Part shown: piece after piece, positions 1 to 12,933 of the stretch
How the letters are laid out: the number at the start of each line of letters is the position of its first letter
Numbering within the stretch: the first letter of the stretch is position 1
NCBI RefSeq assembly: GCF_006345805.1
Contig: NC_042997.1
Span: 17,732,001-17,796,000, forward strand
Direction of reading: 5' to 3'
Source: Octopus sinensis
Taxonomy: Eukaryota
DNA: 64,000 nucleotides
Position numbers and translations under genes: made by a program
Notes under the pieces: model-generated
Told to the model about the DNA's origin: nothing
What the model saw: only the letters and a program-made list of their open reading frames with translations
The model's database searches: none

Positions 1-1550
1 TTTTGTCAAAGGTGGAGCAGAATCCATGATCTCTGCAAATCCTTCTGGCTGGTAAAGTCAATGTTGTTAAAAGCTTAGCTTGAAGCTTCTTGACAAAATG
101 TGAGCAGAGGAGAAATTCAGATGGATACAGTTACAGAGGAAAATGATTGCACAAAGTGTTGAATGTGAGATTTGGTGGGAACACAATAGACAAGAGAAGA
201 GGCAAATACTTTACACTGGTTTGAGTAGAAGTGGTAAACAATTTACAAGTTTAGAGGAGTAGAAATAGTCATAAGAAGCTGTTGAATAGACAGAGATAGA
301 AAATATATCTATATATTTCTTGTGATGTTTGATGAGTGTTTTAGAATTCGGCAGCTGGTCTATTTTTAGCTCTAGTTTGAGGTGTTTGTAAGAAGCAATA
401 GGTAACAGCTCTGTTCCAGATATATGGTTAATATATGAGTGTAGGTCACTACTGAACTTCGTGAAAATTCAGCAACTATTCATATATGAAATGTATTTTG
501 CTAGTGAAATAAAATCCAAGTCTTTGGAAAACAATTTTGGCATTGTGAATGTGCAGTCACTTTAATCATCAGAACATTGTTAGTTGTAAATCTATAAAAG
601 CCTTTTCATGAGTAGGGGTCATATTTTAAAAAATTGCTTCTTTATTTTATGTACTTTGTTGCTGTCAGATTAGCTGGTTTGTCATTTTCCCTTAGGAAAA
701 TGCTTCTGATATCTTTGTTCAGATGTAATGTTTTCCTTGTGGGTGATGCCTGGGAGAAAGTGCATAGATTGTCAAAACTTTAAGGTACTCTAGAGGTGAC
801 AGAAATAGAAATGAGTGGTCCAAGTAGAAACGTCTAATTCTAGAGAAGAGAGACATTTAATACTCCTAAACTGGAAAGATTGTTTGAGGGTTCATGGCTC
901 TTCTTATGCCAAGCGAAACAGCATTGCTTTCAGTGATGATTTCAAGAGTGAAAAACCATTTGCATGGCATGGAAAAACTAATTGTTGGTAGATCTGGTTC
1001 AACAAAAAGTATAGTAATGGAATGTGAAGACGTTAGCTGATTATTTACAAATATTTGATGTATTGGAAGTAAGGGCAATGGGTTAATAGATGGCAGCCTC
1101 GGAGAGGTTTCTCTTTGAAATGTGACATACCATTGAATATTTCTATAGGTTTCATTAGATCTCTGTAAAGGGTGGAGGTTGAACAGTTTAATAGCAATGG
1201 GTTAGGAATGCACTGTTTCTGAATAATAGTCAGATGAAGATTATGAAGCTTAGCCTATTTATTTAGTTGGAATAATCAAGGCAGTGTTTTTGCACTAAGC
1301 AGCAGTGTATGAAAGAGAAACATGTGGTGCTAAAGTGTAGAATTTAAGGAAGATTTTGTTGTGTGAATTGTGATCCAAATGGACAGCAAATATGGTGCCT
1401 TTGTCTAAACTGTGCCACAGACAAATAAATGGATCTTGAAAAACTAGTAGTTATTATTTTGGCTGGAGATGAGAAAACTGGTAGGAATTAGGAAGGTGAG
1501 AAATTCTGCATCCTTTGATTCCATAGTAGTCACACCGAAGACATTACAAA
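1..1550 (-). mobile_element. Heavily decayed CR1/L2/Jockey-type LINE, reverse transcriptase region
   Basis: Minus-strand translation gives degenerate RT motifs in the expected order: Y*PIALTS (about 1090-1065, cf. NYRPISLTS), aaagttttgac (about 780, KAFD with a 1-nt loss), PLL (about 615, cf. GPLLF) and SDD (about 572, cf. FADD). Many stops and frameshifts. Confidence 0.55.
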
Positions 1551-2114
1551 GATAAACAAACTTAACTAAGCTGTTGATGGTTGGTGACTTCATCTAATTG
1601 TTGTAGACTGTATTCTTTATAGCTGCAGTTCAAGAAGGTAGGGACACAGTAAAATTTGTCTAATGTTATGTGTTGCACATGCACAAACTAGGTGGTTGTT
1701 TTGCCTTAGTTGTGCTTCTGCAACACATAACACTAGAATTGTATTTAAAAGTAACAACACACTTCACAGGTTTCTCATTAAGATAAAACTTAGACTGTAA
1801 TAGCTGAAACATAACTGCATTAAATCTCCTATTGGTTTGTGGAAAATCTTATAAAGGAAAAACTAGGAGGTTCTTACATGTCACACTAGAGGAACATTGA
1901 AAAGAACAAATGAAGGGCGAAACATCTAAGCCGGGAATTGCTGGAACATATGATGCAGAAAACAGTCACATACTACAATGGAATGAAATTTCCATAAGCG
2001 ATAGCATACTACATACTGGAAACCTAAACTGTAACTTTAGTACTAACATCGATTTAGTATAGCTGGTGTCAATGAAAAATAAATTTAAATGACATCAAAA
2101 TTTTAATGTATATA

Positions 2115-2700
2115 TCATCATCATCACCATCCCTATCAGCACCACCACCATCATCATCATCATCACCACCACCACCACCACCACCATCATCATTATCATC
2201 ATCATCATCATCATCGTCGTCGCCGTCGTTGTCATTGTAGTTGTCATCATCATCATCATCCTTTAGCATCTGATTTCCATGCTGGCTTGGATTGGACGAT
2301 TTGGTCAGAGCTGGCAAGCTGAAGAGCTGCACCAGGTTCTAGTCTTATTTGGCTTGGTTTCTAAGGCTGGATACCCTTTCTAATGTTCCAGCAGAACATA
2401 CTAACCTCATTCTTCTCTAGCATTCACATTTCCTCTGTGCATTCAGGGCACACACCTCATTATCATGTAGAATTTCTGTTTGTATACATGCATCATATAA
2501 TTTTTCTTTTTCTCAGAGAGGTAAAAAATCTCTGACTTTTTGAATTTCTCCATCTTATTCTTATTCTAGCTATTACACTCTCTGTACATCTGCCCCCACT
2601 ACTAATTTTGTCTCCTATGTAGTAGAAATTATCCACTACTTCTAATGAGCCTCAGAGGCATTTGGGAAAATCAATTTCCTGAGTATCTGCTGTTTTTATG
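2115..2700 (-). mobile_element. RTE-clade LINE 3' fragment with (GAT)n tail
   Basis: (CAT/CAC)n tract at 2115-2262, then the family 3' end (ttccatgctggc...ggataccctttctaatg) and a decayed RT C-terminal remnant. Confidence 0.7.
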
Positions 2701-3218
2701 ACTCTTGTGCATTACTATCATTAATTAAAAAAACCCCCAAAAGCTCATCATAGATATCCCAAAACACTTCGATAGGAATTGGGTTGACTTCATTAGACTA
2801 TAACCAAAAGATCTGATGGTGGCTGAAAATGTGATGGCTGTGCATAAATGAATTTGAATACGATAGCAAGATAGGCAAGGCAGAATCCAGGAGACATTCT
2901 GCTATAGAATATTGCTTTAAATGTGCTAATAAACATTAATATGCAATACAAATACCAAAACACATCACCATATCAAAACCAATCACATGCAAGGACAATA
3001 AAAACTGATATAAAACATTCAATAAAAAAAAAATAGTTACTAGGGAATTGGTATCTCATGTTACTCTAACAGAGCAAAAGGAATTGGAAAATCCTGGCAT
3101 GCTATAATGGAAACCAATAATATCTTGTTTGTAGATTTTCAGAGAAGGGGAGGAAAGGTGGAAATTTTTATCATGATTAAAGATTAACAGTGCATCAAAC
3201 ATCTACAATTCCTTTAAA

Positions 3219-3220
3219 TC

Positions 3221-3308
<88 letters not shown>

Positions 3309-3420
3309 ATGTACATACATACACACATACATGTATGCATACATACATGCATGCATACATACATACATACATACATACATACATACATACATACATACTT
3401 ACATATATACATACATATAC
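3219..3420. repeat. Compound (TCTA)n-(TACA)n microsatellite
   Basis: Visible directly; accounts for ORFs 3190..3561 and 3301..3504. Confidence 0.95.
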
Positions 3421-3581
3421 AGTATAAGGTGCTGGCATTGCAGTGTAGTCAAAAAGGTTGTTTTCTGCCCATTTAGACTCAGTTTCAGTTCCACTTTGCA
3501 ACATATTAGCTCTTGGACAAGTGTCTTCAACTATAGGACCAGGCTGGCAAAAATCTTGTGAGTAGAGACTGGAAGAAGTCC

Positions 3582-3651
3582 ATCATCATCATCATCATCA
3601 TCATTGTCATCGTCATCGTCGTCGTCATCATCATCATCATCATCATCATCC

Positions 3652-3708
<57 letters not shown>

Positions 3709-4790
3709 ATTAACGTCCATTTCCCATGGTGGCATGGGTTGGATAGTTTGACTGAAAACTGGTAAGCTTGGAGCTGCACCAAGTTCCTATCTGATTTGGC
3801 ATGGTTTCTACAGCTGGATGCCCTTCCTAACATCAACCACTCCAAGAGTGTGGTGGATGCTTTTTGGTGCCAGTTACGAATTACTGGCATCAGCCATGAC
3901 TATTATTTCCCTTGGCTTGACAGGTCTTCTCAAGCATGATATATTGCCAAAGGTCTCAATCGTTTGTCATTGCTTCCATGAGGCCCAAAGTTTGAAGAGC
4001 ATCTTTTACAAGCCACTAGCATGAGTGCCAGTTATGCAACACTGCCATTGGCCATGACTATCAATTCACTTAGCTTGATGGGTTTTCTCAAGCACAGCAT
4101 ATCGTTCAATGTTTAACAAGTGCCTTTTACATGCCACTGGCACAGCTGCTAGTTACATGACACTAGCATCAGCCAAGACTATGATTTCACTTGACATGAT
4201 GGGGCTTCTCAAGCATGGCATATTGCCAAAGGTCTCAGTCATTTGTCATTGCTTCTGTGAAACTCAGTGTTCAAAGATCAAGCTTCACCACTTCATCCCA
4301 TGTTTTCCTAGGCTTACCTCTTCCACAGGTTTCCTCCATTAGAGATCGGCACTTCTTCACACAGCTGTCTCATCTATACACAGCACATGACCATACCAGT
4401 GCAGTCGTCTCTCATACACACCACATCTGGTGCCTCTTATGCCCAACTTTCCTCTCAAGATGCTTACACTCTGTTGATGATGCACACCGACATTGCTCAG
4501 CCAACAAAGCATACTGGCTTCATTTCTTTCAAGCCCACACATATTCTTAGCTGCTACAGCCCATATTTCACTACTGTGTAGCATAGCTGTTCACACACAG
4601 GCATCATACAATCTGTCTTTCACTCTGAGGGAGAGGCCCTTTGTTTCCAGCAGAAGTAGGAGCTCTCTGAAGTTTGCTCAGCCTATTCTTATTCTAGCAG
4701 CTATGCTCTTGGAGCATCCACTTCTACTTCTGACTTGGTCACCTTGGTAACAGAAGCTATTAACTACTTCTAGTTTTACCCCCTGGTATT
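3582..4790 (-). mobile_element. 5'-truncated RTE LINE (RT C-terminus, 3' UTR, (GAT)n tail)
   Basis: ORF 4357..4584 has LHSSEIW...ERRLHWYGHV, the RTE post-RT motif. The family 3' end is followed by a long (CAT)n at 3582-3708. Confidence 0.85.
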
Positions 4791-4894
4791 TGATGGAGTC
4801 TATTTTCTGTACATTTGTGGTGTTAATTTTACCTATGCACCTTCCATATTTGTATATCTGTATGTATGTATGTATGTATGTATGTGTGCATGTA

Positions 4895-5885
4895 TCATCA
4901 TCATCATAAACGTTTAGCGTCTGTTTTCCATGCTAGCATGGGTTGGACGGTTTAACTGGGGTCTAGGGAGCCAAGAGGCTGAACCAGGCTCCAGTTTGAT
5001 CTGGCAGTGTTTCTACAGCTGGATGCCCTTCCTAATGCCAACCACTATGTGAGTGTAGTGGGTGCTTTTTAAGTGCCACCAGCACAGGGGCCAGAGGAGG
5101 CTGATCGGTTGGTGCTTTTTACATGCCACCAGCATGGAAGCCAGTCAAGGCAGCACTGGCATCAGCCATGTTTGGATGGTGCTTTTTACATGCCACAGGC
5201 ACAGGGATCACAATTACAATTTCCATTTGATTTTTATTTTGATGTTGATGTACTTGACTCAATATGTCTCCTCAAGCACAGTATGTCACCCTATGATCCA
5301 AGGCACTTTTGAATGGGCTGGGGCTGGTTATGTGAAACTGGTGTAGGATACAGCATTGAACTCACTTTATTTGCCAGGTCTTCACAGTCACAGCATATCT
5401 CCAGAGGTCTTGGTCTTTCATCATTGCTTCTGTGAGGCCCAATGTTCAAAGGTCATGCTTCACTACCTCATTCCATGTCTTCCTATGTTTACCTCTACCC
5501 TGGATTCCTTCAACAGTTTGGGAGTGGCACTTCTTCACACATCTCTCCTCCTCCATCCATAGTACATGACCATACCAGTGCAAACGTCTCTCTTGCATGC
5601 CGCATCCTCTGCTTCTTATGTCCAACATTTCTCTCAGGGTGCTTAAACTCTGTCATGCATGCACAGTGACATTACAAATCTAGCGGATCATGCTGGCTTC
5701 ATTTCTTTCGAGCCTACACATGTCCTCAGCAGTCACGGCCCATATTTCACTGCTGTGAAGCATGGCAGTTCCCACATATGCAATCTACCTTTCACTCTGA
5801 GCGAAAGGGTAGAAGCTTTCTAAACTTTGCCCAGGCTATTCTTATTCTAGTGGTAACACTCTCTGAGCATCCACCTCCACTACTA
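4895..5885 (-). mobile_element. 5'-truncated RTE LINE
   Basis: ORF 5446..5628 has ERRLHWYGHVLWMEEERCVKK...GRGKHRKTWNEVVKHDL. The 3' end aacgtttagcgtctgttttccatgctagcatgggttgg carries a CAT tail. Confidence 0.85.
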
Positions 5886-6189
5886 GCTTGTATGTATGTC
5901 ATTATTCAGTTTTATTTCAAAATTTCTTGCCAATAGAGAAAGAGCTGGCTTCTATTCTAGATCCAAGGCTTCTTCATTGGAATTTCAACATCAATAACAT
6001 AGTATTTTTGTATGCATGTAGGTATATGTGCAGATTTGTATGCTTTGTTTTATATTGTCTTCTCATGTGTATAGTTGCATTTCTAGACATGCTCATGTAT
6101 ACTTAAATGATAAAGTGGAAAGTTTAGAGATTTTTACAGCTCCAGTGATGGAATGGATCTGTAGTCTTCAAATCAGCATTCTCCTTGTA

Positions 6190-6266
6190 TGTGAGTATGT
6201 ATGTATGTATGTATGTATGTATATATATATCTCTCTCTCTATATATATATAGTGAGAGAGAAAGAG

Positions 6267-6333
<67 letters not shown>

Positions 6334-6410
6334 TACATACATACATACATACATACATACATTATATATGTATATGTATATCTATATGTGTGTGTATATG
6401 CATTATGTGT
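6190..6410. repeat. Compound (GTAT)/(TA)/(GA)/(TACA) microsatellite
   Basis: Visible directly. Confidence 0.9.
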
Positions 6411-7380
6411 GGTGTGCATCTGTGTGTAAACCTTTGTCTTTATATCATGTGATGGTTGTAAACAAGCATCCTTATCATACAAGTGATGTTTTGTTTTCAG
6501 TCTTCCTTGTAAAGCATGTTTGGTTATGATAAATATTATATTCCTTGGAAACAGGTGAGGGGTTGAAGCAGGAAGGGCATCTGGCCCTAGGAAAATTTGC
6601 CTCAGCAAATTCCACCTGACCCTTGCAAGCATGGAAAAAATGTATGCTTAATGATGATCCCCACACATGTGCATACACACACACATATAAACACACTCAT
6701 ATATTTAAAAACACACAATCCCTAACTGTGCCCAGTTTATGGTATTAAGTCAAAGGGCAGAGGAATATGCGTAGATGTTGCATTTTTTATAGTAAGAGTT
6801 ACCTCAAAGCCTCTCGTCCTGATGAGCCAGAAAGACAAGGCAACCTCCCCATCAACCCCTACACTGAAAAAGCAAAACCTAAAAATAATAAAGACAAAAC
6901 AAATTCATAAATCAAAAAGGACAGAAGGAAAATGAAACAAAAATAATAAAGACCAACCAAAGCGGAAAAAATTCCACAAACTCCAGTTTCTGGAACAGCA
7001 TGAACCAAAACTTTGGGAAAGATAGAGAAATTGCTTGATGCTCAAGAAAGAAATGAATAAATACCTCCTTCCCTAAAATTATTTACCAATAGCATCACCT
7101 GAAGCATTGCTACAATGTGTTACTGAATTGCAATTCTTTGTTATTCTAATTTTTTTACTTCAGTTGTTTTAGGTAATTTTGGAAAGCTTTTTAATTTGAA
7201 AAGAATCATTAAATGAACCATTGCAAAATGAAAATTATTAGTATTGAGAGCAAATGTAAATTCACATTTCTTAATCTATCTTTCTAAAACTAAATTCCAT
7301 GATAGTATTTCATAAATATAAGTGTTGCTCAAAATTTGTGTTAAGCATGACTAAATTTGAAAAAGATATATTCTTTTAAA

Positions 7381-7815
7381 GGGGCTGGTATGTCTGTGTG
7401 GTTAAGAAGTTTGCTTACCAACCAGATGGTTTTCAGTTTAGTCCTACTGTGTGGCACCTTGAGCAAGTGTCTTCTATTTGTGCGCTGGATCTACTAGTGC
7501 CTTTGATAGATGGAAACTGAAAGAGATCTGCCATATATGTACATATGTATGTGTTAGTGTCTATGTATGTGTCTCCTTGTCTTGACATCTCATAATAGTT
7601 GTAAATGAGTGTCACTGTCATACAAATAGTACCATTCATTTTCAGTATTCTGCAAAAATATGTCAGGTATCAAGAAAATATAAACTTGTTTGGAAATAGG
7701 CAAGGGTTGGCAACAAGAAGGGTATCTAGCCATAGAAAATCTGCTTCATTAAACTCTGCCTGACCCATGCAAACAGGGAAAAGTAGAGGTTTAAATGATG
7801 ATGATGATGGTTGTG
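7381..7815 (+). mobile_element. tRNA-derived SINE ending in the RTE-type 3' tail
   Basis: Head gtgtggttaagaagtttgcttaccaacc...gtggcaccttgagcaagtgtcttcta (tRNA-like plus CORE-like segment), an internal microsatellite, and a 3' end aagggtatctagccatagaaa...acccatgc...tttaaatgatgatg. Confidence 0.7.
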
Positions 7816-8877
7816 ATAAGGATGATAATATATAAATTTGTTTATCTAAAATGTAGATAATTGCCAAGGGCATAATTTACAAAAGCAAAAAAAAAAAAAA
7901 AATCATGAAGGAGAGAAAACAAGAAAATCAGTAAATAACCAAAATAGAAGCATGCACACCACATTCAATTATCATACCAGGGTAAACTGGTGTTCCCTTC
8001 TAAAAATAATTTATAAAGATAGAATAAATTCTTCCTCTCACTCTAAAACAGCAGAAGCTGTTTCTTTGTGGAAATCTCTTCCAATACAAAAGAATATCCT
8101 TTTATATTTTGTATCGTTTTTGAAAATTTCAAGGATTTTCTCTTTGTTTTGGTTTCTGTCGCAAGCATTTTCCTACTCGTTCATTTTGTTTCCTTGTTTT
8201 TTAAAATGCAGGATATGTTTGTAGAAATCATTTGTTAGTTCTCATCCATATAAATCTCATTCAATTTGGTATTACAAATCTTTTGCTTCATTTTCTGCTT
8301 CCATGTTGCCTAGTAATTCCAGGAAAATAAGACAAAATTGATCTCTAATCTTTGTTTTGATCTGATTGAATTTGGCAAGCTTTCAAACAAAAATCAAACA
8401 AAAAAAGACAACAAAAAACCAAAAATGCAAGAAAATGTCATTTAGTTTCCTACTTTCGATGTATTTTGATGAAAAACTTCACATTTTCTAGCTTTCTAAA
8501 TACTTCTTCATTTTAAAATATCTTACGTCTTAGGTCTAACATGAGCCCATCAGCCCAGTATGTTGTAGTTTATTCCACTTTCCATCATGGCAGGCCATGC
8601 TCTCTCTCTTACATTTGCGTGCACACACACACAATCTGTCCTTTGTCAAAACTACCCTCTGCAACCTATCTGTCCAATACCCAACATCTGCACACGCCAA
8701 ATGCCTTCACACATCTACCACACCCCACTTCCAGTGACTCCAACTACTCCCACCATCACTTGCTACAGCCATCTCTTTCCCATCTCTAGACATCTCCCTT
8801 TGCACTCTTATGGAACATTCCCCTCTATCCTTTCTGTACCACTTATATTCCCCCTCACTGCTGCTTAAGTGCAATCT

Positions 8878-8918
<41 letters not shown>

Positions 8919-9499
8919 TTTCTCTATCTCTCTATCTCTCCTTCCTCTCCTCTCATTTATTACTAGTTTATATCCTTCTATCATACTCTAACCTCTTATC
9001 TGGCACAAAGTCACTTTATTTCAATAACAATATTTCAATAAATTTCGCCACTTTCCACAATTCCATCCCTGCTTCATCTTACAAGTTACTTGCCAACCCC
9101 AATAGTGTCAGTGTTGTATAAGAAGCACACAGTACACTCTATAAAGTAGTTGGTGCTATGAAGAGTATCCAGCCATAGAAACCATGCCAAAGCAGACAAT
9201 GGTGTCTGGTGCCAACTCTAGTCAAATCATCCAGCTCATGCCAGCATAGAAGGCAAACATTAAATGATGAAGATGATAATGATGATGAGGGTGTGTAAGT
9301 GACCAACACCACAATACTCTTCAATGAATAGGACACTAGCCCATTGCAGCCATTGTTGATACTCAATTTCAACTGCTAGGATGAAAGAACATGAAAAGAA
9401 ATGTTTTGCTCTAGAATGCAGCCCACTTCTTGACCTGAGGATCAAAATGATGACCTTATGATCAGTAGTCCTGCTAGGCTATGTGCCATTATTTTATAT

Positions 9500-9904
9500 T
9501 ATACTAGCAGTATCACCCGGCGTTGCTTGGGTTTGTAAGGGAAATAACTATATAAGCATTTTTAGAGAGTTATAGCCAAAAAATAGCAAAAAAATGCATT
9601 AAAAATGGAAAACAAATGACGGTAAATTTTTTTTTAAATCGTTGACTCATCGTAGACATTTTTAGAGAGTTACTTCCCTTATATAATAGCGAAAAAAATG
9701 CATTAAAATGGAAAGAAAATGATGGTAAATCTTTTTTTAAATCGTAGACTCATCATAGACGTGCGCTAATACCCAGAAGGGCTCGATATGAATCACGACT
9801 ATAAGATACCCGGTTTTGGTTAAACTGCACCGCAAAATGTGGGAGTAGTTAGGAATCTAAATTGTAGGAGACAGACACACAACTTCTCTTTTATATATAA
9901 AGAT
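9500..9904 (+). mobile_element. Non-autonomous Helentron/DINE-1 (HINE)-like element
   Basis: Begins ttatactagcagtatcacccggcgttgcttggg (subterminal CCCG..TGGG hairpin) and ends tttatatataaagat in a T-rich target. CpG-rich relative to flanks, with an internal tandem duplication of about 100 bp. Confidence 0.65.
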
Positions 9905-10594
9905 TTAAAAATTTTTATATTATATTTTAAAATATTATGCTACTTAATTCAGTCATATTATATTGTAACTAAAATTGTGTTAGTGTCATTTTATTTCACG
10001 TCCCTATTCCTGGTCAGATTTGGTTGGTATTGTGCTGAGGTAGCCCATCATTTCCCATTTCCTTTCCTTTAATTTATGTTTCCTTTTGATATATTATCAT
10101 AAGGTGATTGAAAAACACAGCTAATCTGACAAACAGAAATTTGTTTTATAAATGTGGATGAATAGATGGTTTAAAATCTTGCCCTTATGAGCTTCTGGGG
10201 TTCAATCACACAATACAGAACCTTGGACAAGTGTTTCTTACCACAGAGAGAAAGAGAGAGAGAGGGGGGAGAGAGAGAGAAAGTACTCAATAGAGTACTT
10301 ATTTTTTTCTATAGCTGAGATGGGCCTGGAGTTTGTGCTTGAATACCTGTTCAATGGGATCAAATTTGAAAAGTTACATTATATTTATAGAGAAAAGATG
10401 TTACATACACACACACACATACACACACGCACTTTACTTTTGTCCTTCTCTCCTTTTGCTAATGACGTCTCTTACAACTATGCTCCAAATAACTTTCCCT
10501 TTTCTGTCATATTCTTCAATCCATTCACCCATTCTTGTCTTTCTGCTGTCATTACCCCCTCTTTCTCTCTTTCTCTCTCTTGTTCTTTTGTCAG

Positions 10595-10616
10595 TCATCA
10601 GAGCAAGTGAATCAAG
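10595..10616 (+). CDS. Candidate micro-exon A of an unidentified gene (xIRASESR, phase 1-2)
   Basis: Long pyrimidine tract ending ttcttttgtcag; donor AAG|gtaatt; in frame with the exon 113 nt downstream. Confidence 0.3.
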
Positions 10617-10729
10617 GTAATTGAATACACTCTATGCTCTACACTTTTACTCATCTATTTCTGACATCTCTACCACTCTCTCTCTCTCTCTCTCTCTTTC
10701 CTATTCCCTGCTTGGTCTACACATTTTAG

Positions 10730-10834
10730 ATTACTGAGAGCTCCTTACATTTACTGTGTACAAGGCACCTCTATCTCCTGTGCTTACACCAGAATTGAAG
10801 ACCTTCCCTGCATTCTCTCTGGAATAATTTCTGA
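10730..10834 (+). CDS. Candidate exon B (LLRAPYIYCVQGTSISCAYTRIEDLPCILSGIIS, phase 2-2)
   Basis: Acceptor acattttag, donor TGA|gtgaaa; the only open frame across 105 nt of non-repetitive sequence. Confidence 0.35.
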
Positions 10835-11181
10835 GTGAAACAACTTCTCTAGTTCTGATGCCATGAAAAAGATGCACCAGTACACACAATAAAGACATTA
10901 GAAAATGAGCAAAGAAAGCATAAGGGTGCAAGGTTCATTTAGTTCAAACTTGTAAAGGGTTATTCAACTTTTCTGGTGTGAGTGGTATGAGAAAATGCAA
11001 AGTGGTTGGATATGGGAGGATTTGCGCAAACAGTAGTCCATGAGAGCAATGGCTCTCAGAAAGAATTAACTCACACCATGACAATCTGTCTTACTCATGC
11101 TAGCATGGAAAGAGGACATAAGATGATGATGACAATGAGGTTGACAGGTAGGTGTGTATATATATATACATCTCTCTCTCT

Positions 11182-11220
<39 letters not shown>

Positions 11221-11223
<3 letters not shown>

Positions 11224-12240
11224 ACATCATCATCATTGTTTAACATCTGTTTTCCATGCTGGAATGGGTTGGATAGTTTAGCAGGATCCATTGAGCTACA
11301 GGACACCACCAAACTCCAATGTCAATGGTTTGTATGGCTGGATGTTCTGCTTCCTTTTCATGCCACTGGCATTAGTGAGGTTCCCAAGTTGACAAGAAGA
11401 AGATAAAAGGACCCCTCAACTAAGTAAGATGGATATTTGAGATGCGGTGATAGCTTTCTGCTAGGTGTTAAGAGGCTAAAATGTGAGGACAAGCACAAGT
11501 GTCTTGCTATAGAGGAGCTACATGGCTATCCTACAGTATATATAAGGGTGGGTGGAAGTAGCCAGGAAGAAGATAAAGATGGTGCCAGAGTAAATTCTCA
11601 GGGTACAAGATGAGTAAAATATAGGAGAGAATATGGATTGAGAGAAGTGGAAAGAGAGTGTAGGCTATTTCATAAGAGTGCTGGAGGAGAGCAACAGATA
11701 ATTAAAGACAGGGGTGGAGGTGAATATAGTGAGTAATAAGTAAGAGTGAAGGTGTAGCTAATGATAAATATCAGTTTGGAGGTAGGTAAAACGAGAAAGA
11801 TAGAAGTGGCTCAGGAAGGAAGATAGATGAGACTGTAGAGAGATGGTGCGCAAGTGTAAAAGTAGTGAAAGAGAGATGTACAGTGACAGAGATGGAGATC
11901 AGAGGTACATAAGGGTGCCTATAATGAGTGGATAACAAAGGTGACTAGAACATTGATGGCAGATGTTGAAGGGTATTGAAAATTATAGAAGATATGAGAA
12001 GTGCTAAAGATTACGTTTGGCGGGCCTAAGATGCTGTTGGAGGGAAAGATAACTGAAGATATAGAAAGGGGGTGATTGGTAAAAATACAGTGAGAAAAGA
12101 TGATAATGAATATGAAGGATATATAGTAAAAAGAAGTGGTTGCAGGGAGAGAGAGAGAGATGCAAGTAGTAGCATAAAAAGTAGGGGATAAAATATGCAT
12201 CAGTTTTGCTCTCAAGGGGAGTGCTTAATAAGGCAGATGG
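11221..12240. mobile_element. Composite repeat: RTE 3' tail (-), conserved module and long purine-rich tract
   Basis: CAT tail and RTE 3' end at 11221-11390; module aagtgtcttgctatagaggagctacatggctatcc at 11497-11531; then about 700 bp of A/G-rich sequence. Confidence 0.5.
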
Positions 12241-12514
12241 GTGTAAGGGCAAAGCCTAACATGTACTTGTGTACACAAAATGTTTTAGGATCTCATTTTT
12301 TCTGTGATGGATTGTGACTTCTTGAGCACAGTGAATTACCAATCACCTTAGTCCTCTAACATCTATTTTGTGAGGTTCAACATCTTGAGATCAGACTTCA
12401 CTATTTCACTCCAAATCTTCCCAAGTCTTCCTTTTCCACAAGTTCCCTCCATTTTATGTGACTGTTATATATATAGTAGTAAATCAGCAGTAAGCTTATG
12501 AAAGAACGCTATGT

Positions 12515-12855
12515 ATAGGCACAGGCAGGGCTATGAAGTAAGAAGCTTGCTTCCCAACCACATGGTACAGCATGATACCTTGGGCAAGTGTCTTCTACTA
12601 TAGCCTCAGGCTGACCAAAGTCTTCTAGTGTGTGTGTGTGTCTTTGCGTGTGTGAGTGTGTGCGTATCTTTGTGACAGCTGGTGTTGGTGTGTTTACATC
12701 CCTGTAACTTAGCAGACCAGCAAAAGAGAATCATTGAATTAGTACTATGCTTTAAAAAAATAAGTACTAGGGTTGATTCATTTGACTAAAAATTCTAAAA
12801 AAGAAAGGCAGTGCTCCAGGATGGCTGCAGTCTAATGACTGAAACAAGCAAAAGC
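12515..12855 (+). mobile_element. tRNA-derived SINE
   Basis: aagaagcttgcttcccaaccacatgg...accttgggcaagtgtcttctactatagcctcaggctgaccaaag, a (TG)n spacer, and tail ggcagtgctccaggatggctgcagtctaatgactgaaacaag. Confidence 0.75.
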
Positions 12856-12933
12856 AAAAACATAAAAAATATATAGGAAATAGAAAATTACTATTTATAA
12901 ATCTCCCAAGAGATATTTAGCGACAGTACTTTG

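Noticed and set aside
3190-3890. Poly-Asp, poly-Met and YLSI/HTYI ORFs (also 2069, 13494-14677, 41811-43263, 47498-48177, 58676, 60280-61576)
   Set aside because: These are translations of stop-free microsatellites; no coding signal.
6812-6848. Third hammerhead-like motif ctgatgagcc-agaaagacaa-ggc-aac
   Set aside because: The GAAA box is incomplete and I could not form stems I and III; at most a decayed relic.
7381-7470. tRNA-like sequences at SINE heads (also 27636, 48447, 57060, 63055)
   Set aside because: No complete cloverleaf; they continue into SINE bodies, so they are not tRNA genes.
10281-10300. Small hairpin aagtactc-aata-gagtactt followed by a T run (and palindrome tactaatattagta at about 22422)
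   Set aside because: Short AT-rich palindromes are expected by chance, and bacterial terminator logic does not apply.
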